A stretch of DNA of 40,887 nucleotides, taken from the NCBI GenBank assembly GCA_017645985.1, contig JAGCNK010000207.1, positions 1 to 40,887 of the forward strand, read 5' to 3'. This document shows positions 23,758 through 30,599 of the stretch, piece after piece (position 1 is the first letter of the stretch; every line of letters starts with the position of its first letter). The notes under the pieces were generated by a model. That model was not told the DNA's origin. It was given only the letters and a program-made list of their open reading frames with translations, and searched no databases. This DNA is from Bacteroidales bacterium. Lineage in GTDB: Bacteria > Bacteroidota > Bacteroidia > Bacteroidales > UBA3824. A program made the translations under genes and the position numbers.

Positions 23758-24323
23758 ATGTCTTCAAAGTTTTATTGTAGTTGGTCTCCTTTGGGTAAGG
23801 CAGCTTTCAATATTGCTGTTGCGGGCTTGGTAGGTTTTGTTTTCTTCTTCTTCCTAAAAAAAATTACTTCTTCTTCAATCTTTACGAATATGGCGTCTAT
23901 TGCCTTACTGAGCTGATAGCCAATTCGGTAAAGTTTGTCCTTAATTTATTCGGCTTCAAATGCCTGACATTTGGCAAGATTATTTCCAACACCGACGGAG
24001 TGTCGCTTATTTTAGACCGCGGATGCGTTGGACGTAATGTGCTTGTGGTGTTTGCGGCTTTTATCATTGCCACTCCTGCCGAGGTTTGGCGAAAGTTTGC
24101 CTATATTGCCGCCGGACTTGCCGTTATCGTTTTGCTCAATGTGCTGCGTATTTCGTTGCTGATGTATGTGGGCACCTATCACAACGAGTGGTTTCACTTT
24201 GCCCACGAATATCTGTTTAAATACACGCTCTACGCTGGAGTGTTTTTGCTGTGGGTGCTGTGGATGAACAAGTTCAGGTCTTCATCTTCTTTTTCTTCGC
24301 CGCAGGAAAAAGCACATTGTTGA
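23758..24323 (+). pseudogene. Small exosortase-family protein (XrtF-sized), reading frame interrupted at an A8 tract
   Basis: The ATG at 23758 opens MSSKFYCSWSPLGKAAFNIAVAGLVGFVFFFFLKK..., which stops at 23914-23916. The -1 frame is open from 23799 and reads NYFFFNLYEYGVYCLTELIANSVKFVLNLFGFKCLTFGKIISNTDGVSLILDRGCVGRNVLVVF...LLNVLRISLL...FHFAHEYLFKY...WVLWMNKF through to 24323. The conserved Cys, Arg and His spacing and the joined length of about 188 aa fit small exosortases. That frame has no start codon between 23799 and the GTG at 24000. Confidence 0.6.
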
Positions 24324-25530
24324 GTATCAGACGGTAGCCTGGCGAGTTTGGATGCAGGTCGAGGTCGGTGGGAGGATCGCCCACATAGTGCAGATAATCT
24401 TCGGGGTCGTGTCCGCCGTACCAGGTCCAAGTGCCTTTGCCGTATTCGCCGTGTATGTAGCGTGCTTCGTTGGCGGCTTTGTTTTCGCCCATAATCAGAA
24501 CTGAACTTTTCAGCACTTCCTTGCGGTACGATGTGGTCTGTCCCATAAATCCGTCGATAATGTTCTCATGGTTCTGACATAGCATAGTGGGCACAGGATC
24601 CCACTTGGCAGAAAATTCAAACAGTGAGAATATGTCGTTCTCTTTTTGCACGCGCCGTGTGGTGGTGGCGTCTATGTCGCTGTATTCGTACACGTTGGGG
24701 TTGAGCTCAAGACGAAAATCTTTGAATGCGAATGTGGCGCTGTAGTCGAGCTTGGCTTGGCAGTTGGGGTCTATCGGGTCGCCGTCGAACATTGGCTGGC
24801 AGATGTCGGTGTTTTCGGCGGCGAGGGCAATGTCGAAACTGTCGGTGGCACTGCACATTGCAAACATGAATCCGCCGTTTTCTACAAACTGCTTTATGGT
24901 TTTGGCTACTGCGAGTTTAAGCTTCGACACTTTGCTGTAGCCCATCTTCTGAGCCAGCGCGTTGAACTCGATCACCTGGTTTTTATACCACGGAACATTT
25001 TTGTACGATGCGTAGAATTTGCCGAACTGACCAGTGAAATCCTCGTGGTGAACGTGCAGCCAGTCGTATTTCGACAGTTCGCCTGTGAGAATCTCCTCGT
25101 CGTAAACCACCGTGTAGGGTATTTCGGCGTAGGTGAGCACAAGCATCACGGCATCGTCCCACGGCTTGTAGGTCTTGGGGGCGTATACTGCTATTTTGGG
25201 AGCTTTCTCAAGTTTGATATGCTCCATGTTAACATCGTTGCGCGAAATCTGAGCCAGAATGTTGTCGGCTGCGGCGTCGGGGATCTGCTGGAAACTTACG
25301 TTGCGCACCCTGCATATCGTGGCTATCTGGTCGGTGTAGTCGGTGAGAAAACTGCCTCCACGGTAGTTGAGCAGCCATTCTGCCGTTAATCCCGCCTCCA
25401 ATATGGTGTAGGTAACGCCGTATGCTTTGAGATGGTTGGTTTGTGTCTCGTCCATCGGGATGAGGATTTTCATCGCCTGACACTTCGCCACCGAAATCAA
25501 CGCTAACAATATGGCTGCTATCAGTTTCAT
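24274..25530 (-). CDS. Conserved secreted hypothetical protein (possibly a class I glutamine-amidotransferase-like fold)
   Basis: Signal peptide MKLIAAILLALISVAKCQA. The nucleophile-elbow-like GGFMFAMCSATDSF and the C-terminal WYGGHDPEDY are the only suggestive motifs. The start is 6 nt after the dnaB stop. Confidence 0.5.
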   Translation of the reverse strand: MKLIAAILLALISVAKCQAMKILIPMDETQTNHLKAYGVTYTILEAGLTAEWLLNYRGGSFLTDYTDQIATICRVRNVSFQQIPDAAADNILAQISRNDVNMEHIKLEKAPKIAVYAPKTYKPWDDAVMLVLTYAEIPYTVVYDEEILTGELSKYDWLHVHHEDFTGQFGKFYASYKNVPWYKNQVIEFNALAQKMGYSKVSKLKLAVAKTIKQFVENGGFMFAMCSATDSFDIALAAENTDICQPMFDGDPIDPNCQAKLDYSATFAFKDFRLELNPNVYEYSDIDATTTRRVQKENDIFSLFEFSAKWDPVPTMLCQNHENIIDGFMGQTTSYRKEVLKSSVLIMGENKAANEARYIHGEYGKGTWTWYGGHDPEDYLHYVGDPPTDLDLHPNSPGYRLILNNVLFPAAKKKKMKT

Positions 25531-25536
25531 GACTTT

Positions 25537-27138
25537 TTAGAATGGAGCTTCGCCGGTGTTGCCCATCGGCGGTTGATATTGAGGTTGCTGTTGTGGAGCA
25601 AAGGGGTCGTAGTCGCTTACGCCCATATCAGCACCCATCATCGGAATGCCTGCCATCGGGTCGGACGCTCCTCCGCCGTTCATTTTGCTTACAAATGTCT
25701 GCGTTATCTGTCCCGAGTCGTCAGATACCATAAGTCCTTGATTGTCCCACTCTTCGAATCGTGCAAACTCGGCACGGAAATGTAGGTTGACATCTTCCAA
25801 TGCGCCGTTACGGTGCTTGGCTATGATTATCTGTCCGAGACCTTCGGTAGAGTTGCCCTGCTCGTCTTGCATAATGCCGAACTTTTCGGGACGGTGGATG
25901 AAGCATACAATGTCGGCGTCCTGCTCTATCGCACCAGATTCACGGAGGTCGCTCAGCTGAGGACGCTTGTCGCCGGCACGCATTTCTACCTGACGGCTCA
26001 ACTGCGAAAGTGCAATGATAGGAATGTTCAACTCTTTGGCTATAGCCTTGATACCACGAGAGATAGTTGACACCTCCTGCTCGCGGTTGCCTCGTACCTC
26101 GGGCGGACCGGTCATAAGCTGCAGGTAGTCGATGATTACCATCTCTATGTTGTGCTGCATTTTCAGGCGGCGGCACTTGGCACGCAGCTCAAAGAGCGAA
26201 ATGCCCGCTGTGTCGTCGATATATAGGGGTGCGCCTTCAAGGTTCTTGATTTTCTTTTCGAGCTGCATCCATTCAAAGTCCTCAAGCTTGCCGGTGCGTA
26301 TCTTGTCAGACGGAAGCTCGGTTTCGGATACGATAAGACGGTTGACAAGCTGCACCGCCGACATCTCGAGTGAGAATATCGCCACGGGTACTTTGTGGTA
26401 AACAGTCATATTGCGTGCCATAGAGAGCACAAACGCGGTCTTACCCATTGACGGACGGGCTGCCACCACAATCATATCGCTTCGCTGCCAGCCTTGTGTT
26501 ATTCGGTCGAGCGATGTAAAGCCCGAAGGCACGCCGCTGAGACCGTCGGTGCGTTTGCTTGCCTCCTCCAACTGCGCCATTGCCTCTTTGAGCACTTGGT
26601 CCATGCTCTGAGTGTCGTTTTTGATATTGCCGTAGGCTAGGTCGAAGATTTTTTTCTCCGAGAAGTTGAGCAGGTCGTCCACGTCGCTGCCAAGGTCGTA
26701 CGCCTTGTTCTCGATTTCGGACGCTACCTTGATAAGCTCGCGCTGGATATATTTCTGAGCAATGATGCGTGCGTGAAACTCCAAGTGAGCCGCGCTACCC
26801 ACACGCTCGGTAAGCGACGCTATATAGTACGCTCCGCCAATATCTTCCAGTTCGCCCTTGGCTCTGAGCCTCTCGCTCACCGTGTAGATGTCGATGGGCA
26901 GGTGCTCGGTGGAGAGCTGGATGATTACCTCGAAAATCTTTTTGTGTTTGTCGGAATAGAAACTTTCGGGCTTGAGAATGTTCATCACCTCAATTTCGGA
27001 ACCCTTCTCGAGCATAATGGCACCGAGAACCAAGCCTTCGAGCTCTTCTGCCTCGGGTGGCTTGCGTCCGTATTGGGCGTTGATGTCGATGATGTCCTGC
27101 TGTTTCTTTTTCGGACCCTGGCTGTTGTAGGATGGCAT
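25537..27138 (-). CDS. dnaB: Replicative DNA helicase
   Basis: PPEAEELEGLVLGAIML, Walker A ARPSMGKTAF, IIDYLQLM and SQLSR motifs, plus a Q/P/M-rich C-terminal extension. Confidence 0.93.
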   Translation of the reverse strand: MPSYNSQGPKKKQQDIIDINAQYGRKPPEAEELEGLVLGAIMLEKGSEIEVMNILKPESFYSDKHKKIFEVIIQLSTEHLPIDIYTVSERLRAKGELEDIGGAYYIASLTERVGSAAHLEFHARIIAQKYIQRELIKVASEIENKAYDLGSDVDDLLNFSEKKIFDLAYGNIKNDTQSMDQVLKEAMAQLEEASKRTDGLSGVPSGFTSLDRITQGWQRSDMIVVAARPSMGKTAFVLSMARNMTVYHKVPVAIFSLEMSAVQLVNRLIVSETELPSDKIRTGKLEDFEWMQLEKKIKNLEGAPLYIDDTAGISLFELRAKCRRLKMQHNIEMVIIDYLQLMTGPPEVRGNREQEVSTISRGIKAIAKELNIPIIALSQLSRQVEMRAGDKRPQLSDLRESGAIEQDADIVCFIHRPEKFGIMQDEQGNSTEGLGQIIIAKHRNGALEDVNLHFRAEFARFEEWDNQGLMVSDDSGQITQTFVSKMNGGGASDPMAGIPMMGADMGVSDYDPFAPQQQPQYQPPMGNTGEAPF

Positions 27139-27157
27139 CGCGCTGATTTACTTTTTT

Positions 27158-28111
27158 TTAGTTTTCACAAAATACGCCCATGCCGGCGAATTTATCGAGA
27201 CGCTCTTTGATAAGCTGCTCGGTGGGTATTTTTTTCAGTGCTTCGAGATTTTCGATTATTGTGCGCTTTACGGTCTTGAATATTTCTTCGGGATTGTTGT
27301 GCGCTCCTCCCAATGGTTCCTTGATGATGCCGTCGATGAGACCGTTTTTGTACATATCCTCGGCAGACAGCTTGAGGGCCTCGGCTGCGTCGCGTTTGAA
27401 GTCCCAGCTGCGCCATAGAATGCTTGAGCAAGATTCGGGAGCGATAACCGAGTACCAGGTGTTTTCGAGCATGAAAACCTTGTCGCCCACGCCGATGCCG
27501 ATAGCGCCGCCCGACGCGCCTTCGCCGATAACTATGCAGATGATAGGCACTTTGATGCGGAACATCTCGTAAATGTTGCGGGCAATAGCCTCAGCCTGTC
27601 CGCGCTCCTCAGCCTCTGCGCCCGGATATGCGCCGGGAGTGTCGATGAAGGTGACGATAGGTTTGTTGAATTTTTCGGCCATACGCATGAGGCGGAGAGC
27701 CTTGCGGTAGCCTTCGGGATTGGCCATACCAAAGTTGCGGTACTGGCGCATCTTGGTGTTGACGCCCTTCTGCTGACCTACGAACATAATGCTCTGGTCG
27801 CCGATAGTGCCCCATCCGCCTACCATAGCGGTGTCGTCCTTGATCTGACGGTCGCCGTGAAGCTCGATGAAGTCGTCGCAGATGGCGTTGATATATGCCA
27901 ATGTGTATGGACGTTCGGGATGTCTTGAAACTTGAACCCTCTGCCACGGAGTGAGATTCTCGTAAATCTCCTTGCGGGTAGTTTCTATTTTGTTCTGCAA
28001 GTCGGCGATGGTCTGGTCAATATCTACCGAGCCAGCTTCCTTTATCTCCTTGGCTTTTGCCAACTGGTTCTCTAATTCCTGTATTGGTTGTTCAAATTCA
28101 AGCAGTTGCAT
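27158..28111 (-). CDS. accA: Acetyl-CoA carboxylase carboxyltransferase subunit alpha
   Basis: [19 protein letters not shown] and GEGASGGA motifs. 317 aa. Confidence 0.93.
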   Translation of the reverse strand: MQLLEFEQPIQELENQLAKAKEIKEAGSVDIDQTIADLQNKIETTRKEIYENLTPWQRVQVSRHPERPYTLAYINAICDDFIELHGDRQIKDDTAMVGGWGTIGDQSIMFVGQQKGVNTKMRQYRNFGMANPEGYRKALRLMRMAEKFNKPIVTFIDTPGAYPGAEAEERGQAEAIARNIYEMFRIKVPIICIVIGEGASGGAIGIGVGDKVFMLENTWYSVIAPESCSSILWRSWDFKRDAAEALKLSAEDMYKNGLIDGIIKEPLGGAHNNPEEIFKTVKRTIIENLEALKKIPTEQLIKERLDKFAGMGVFCEN

Positions 28112-28150
28112 AAATTTTCTTTTTAATAATTAACTTTTTGTGTCGGTGTG

Positions 28151-28158
28151 CAAAATTA
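28151..28158 (-). promoter_or_regulatory. -7 box TAATTTTG upstream of accA
   Basis: The reverse complement of caaaatta is TAATTTTG. It lies about 40 nt upstream of the accA ATG. Confidence 0.4.
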
Positions 28159-28387
28159 ATAAAAATCGGTAAAAACAACGAAATTTTTCGGGCAAAATAG
28201 TTGCTATATTCTTTTGTGAATATTTTGCTGGTTTGTATTGTATTTGCGATATATTTCTATAATTATTTTCTTTTATTATATTGTGCTAAACAATTATTCC
28301 ACTATGTTATCTTTTTTAGATAGTCATTTAGTGTATTTACGGTTTTTGTAAATTTTTTTTGCAAATTCGTAATTGTTGTTTAACTTT

Positions 28388-29026
28388 ATGGCAAAATTAA
28401 GAGCTATGAAACGCAACTTTTGTTTTAGCCAGCAGCAACTTATAAACCGTGCCTTGAAGCTCTCAGCGGCGTGTGAGCGCGATTTGTCGCGTCTTACCAA
28501 TATCGGTTTCACTCCCGATATGCTCAAAAACCTTACCGAAATGAACGCCGAATTTATGAGAATGAACCCCGACCGTGGTTTTTTGAAAGAGATTGCCACC
28601 CTTACCGACAGGCGCAAGGCTATTAAGAAGGAGATTGTGAAGCAGATACGCATTATACAGCTTCGTCTCGAAATTCTTGGCTGTCAGCAGTCGGATATTT
28701 ATAACTTGCTGAAAAACATCAAGGTGCACAATGTTTCTGATGAGGTTTTCCTTAGTGGAATGAGGCAGATACAGAGTTGCGGCGTAAAGCTTTGCTCTAT
28801 GGGTGTTTCTGCCTCGCTCACAGGCACGCTCAACGGACTTATCAACGATTTTAAAAAGCAACTGGAATCGCTTGCGAAACTCAACGCCGACCGCAAGAAC
28901 GACAGCGAAAGCCGTATCTCCCTGGCAAACAATATTATTTCGCTTATGGGCAGAATATGCAAGATGGGCAAACTGCTCTGGAAAGATACCGACGAGGCTA
29001 AATACAAAGATTATGTGCTGTATTGA
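28388..29026 (+). CDS. All-helical hypothetical protein
   Basis: 212 aa from the ATG at 28388 (MAKLRAMKRNF...). No signal peptide, no motif recognised. It ends ...LLWKDTDEAKYKDYVLY and is flanked by long AT-rich spacers. Confidence 0.5.
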   Translation: MAKLRAMKRNFCFSQQQLINRALKLSAACERDLSRLTNIGFTPDMLKNLTEMNAEFMRMNPDRGFLKEIATLTDRRKAIKKEIVKQIRIIQLRLEILGCQQSDIYNLLKNIKVHNVSDEVFLSGMRQIQSCGVKLCSMGVSASLTGTLNGLINDFKKQLESLAKLNADRKNDSESRISLANNIISLMGRICKMGKLLWKDTDEAKYKDYVLY

Positions 29027-29124
29027 TTTGTTGTTTTAAATTGCTTAAAATAATACTATGCATTACATATTGTATTTTATTCACGGTTAATTATTTACTC
29101 TGATTTTATTATTTAAACCTATAA

Positions 29125-29188
29125 TTCACATTTGTATTATGATAATTTGCTAATTATCTATAATTGTAAACATCGATACAAATGTGAA
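29125..29188. repeat. 13-bp perfect inverted repeat TTCACATTTGTAT / ATACAAATGTGAA with a 38-nt spacer
   Basis: Read directly: arms at 29125-29137 and 29176-29188. It lies between the convergent 3' ends of the 28388 gene and radA, so it may be a shared terminator with an unusually large loop. Confidence 0.8.
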
Positions 29189-29203
29189 CGATGCAGTCGA
29201 GAG

Positions 29204-30580
29204 CTATGCGTGGGCGGTATTTTTGCGTACAAACAGCAGACGAAACACCTCTTCGATTTTTGATACTGTGGTAATATCAATGGTGTGGCGAATGTTTTCA
29301 ATATTTTTGTTGTGCGCCGACGAGATGATAATCTTCTTGAATCCGATTTTTTCTGCCTCGGCAATTCGCTGCTCCACTCGTGACACGGGACGGATTTCGC
29401 CGGTGAGTCCCACCTCGCCAGCAAAGCACACGTCGTGCGGAATGGCTATGTCGAGGTCGCTGCTTAGCACTGCCGTTATTACCGAAAGGTCCATTGCCGG
29501 GTCGTTGATTTTGATGCCGCCCGCAATGTTGAGAAACACGTCTTTGGTGTTGAGGCGGAAACCGCAGCGGCGTTCCAATACAGCCAGCAGCATGTTTAAT
29601 CGTTTGGCGTCGAATCCTGTGGTGCTTCGCTGCGGCACTCCGTATGCCGCTGTGCTTACAAGGCTCTGCACTTCGATCAAGAACGGACGCAATCCTTCCA
29701 CCGCCGCCGTAACTGTTACGCCCGGCGTGTCGTTGTCGTGATGGTGTATGAGCAGTTCGCCTGGGTTCGACACCTGACGCAGTCCGTCGCTTAGCATCTC
29801 AAAGATGCCCACTTCGGATGTAGTGCCAAAACGGTTTTTGATTCCGCGCAGCACACGGTACACGTGCGAGCTGTCGCCTTCGAACTGGAGAACCGTGTCT
29901 ACCATGTGTTCCAGTATCTTTGGTCCTGCTATGTTGCCGTCCTTGTTGATATGTCCGATGAGGATGATGGGCACGTTGTTTTCCTTGGCAAAGCGTATCA
30001 GCATGTCGGCACATTCGCGAATCTGGGTTACAGTTCCAGGTGCCGATTCGGCGTTTTGTGTGCGCAGGGTCTGTATCGAGTCGATGATTACGAGCGACGG
30101 GTTGGTCTGTCGTATTGCGGGAATAATGTTTTCAACTGTTACCTCACATAGTATCAGGCAGTTGTCGGAAGTTTTTTTGATGCGGTCGGCACGTAGCTTT
30201 ATTTGCGACGCGCTTTCCTCGCCCGAAACGTATAATGTCTGCTGCGGAATGTTGAGGGCTATCTGAATGGAGAGGGTGGACTTGCCGATGCCGGGTTCGC
30301 CGCCGATGAGTATTACAGAGCCGGGAACAATGCCGCCGCCGAGCACGCGGTTAAATTCGGTGTTGTTGGTGTCGATGCGTTCAGCGGTGTTGGTCTCTAT
30401 TTCGGAGATCCTCACCGGCTTAGCCTCGCTTAATGCGTTGGGCGACAGTCCGTTTTTGGGACCTGCCGACACTATTTCCTCCACGTAGGTGTTCCACTGC
30501 TGGCACGATGGACATTTGCCTACCCATTTGGGCGACACCGCGCCGCAGTTTTGACATATATATACGTTTTTTTGCTTCAT
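29204..30580 (-). CDS. radA: DNA repair protein RadA
   Basis: Zinc ribbon YICQNCGAVSPKWVGKCPSCQQWNTY, Walker A GGEPGIGKST, KNRFG and a Lon-like C-terminus. I prefer the start at 30580. Confidence 0.93.
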   Translation of the reverse strand: MKQKNVYICQNCGAVSPKWVGKCPSCQQWNTYVEEIVSAGPKNGLSPNALSEAKPVRISEIETNTAERIDTNNTEFNRVLGGGIVPGSVILIGGEPGIGKSTLSIQIALNIPQQTLYVSGEESASQIKLRADRIKKTSDNCLILCEVTVENIIPAIRQTNPSLVIIDSIQTLRTQNAESAPGTVTQIRECADMLIRFAKENNVPIILIGHINKDGNIAGPKILEHMVDTVLQFEGDSSHVYRVLRGIKNRFGTTSEVGIFEMLSDGLRQVSNPGELLIHHHDNDTPGVTVTAAVEGLRPFLIEVQSLVSTAAYGVPQRSTTGFDAKRLNMLLAVLERRCGFRLNTKDVFLNIAGGIKINDPAMDLSVITAVLSSDLDIAIPHDVCFAGEVGLTGEIRPVSRVEQRIAEAEKIGFKKIIISSAHNKNIENIRHTIDITTVSKIEEVFRLLFVRKNTAHA

Positions 30581-30599
30581 TGTCAATTGTTTAGGAGTG

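Noticed and set aside
23758-24323. Calling the exosortase specifically XrtF
   Set aside because: Its size and phylum fit. However, the hallmark XrtF-associated membrane protein gene is not downstream (the next gene is convergent), and a candidate cargo with its own sorting signal is present. The subclass is left open.
24646-25389. 247-aa plus-strand ORF antisense to the secreted 418-aa protein gene
   Set aside because: V/G/H/F-rich shadow frame with no start context. The minus-strand product has a signal peptide and is coupled to dnaB.
28112-29203. AT-rich-flanked gene as a mobile element or genomic island
   Set aside because: I could not see an integrase, transposase, tRNA target or flanking direct repeats. 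Only the compositional contrast and one inverted repeat are present.
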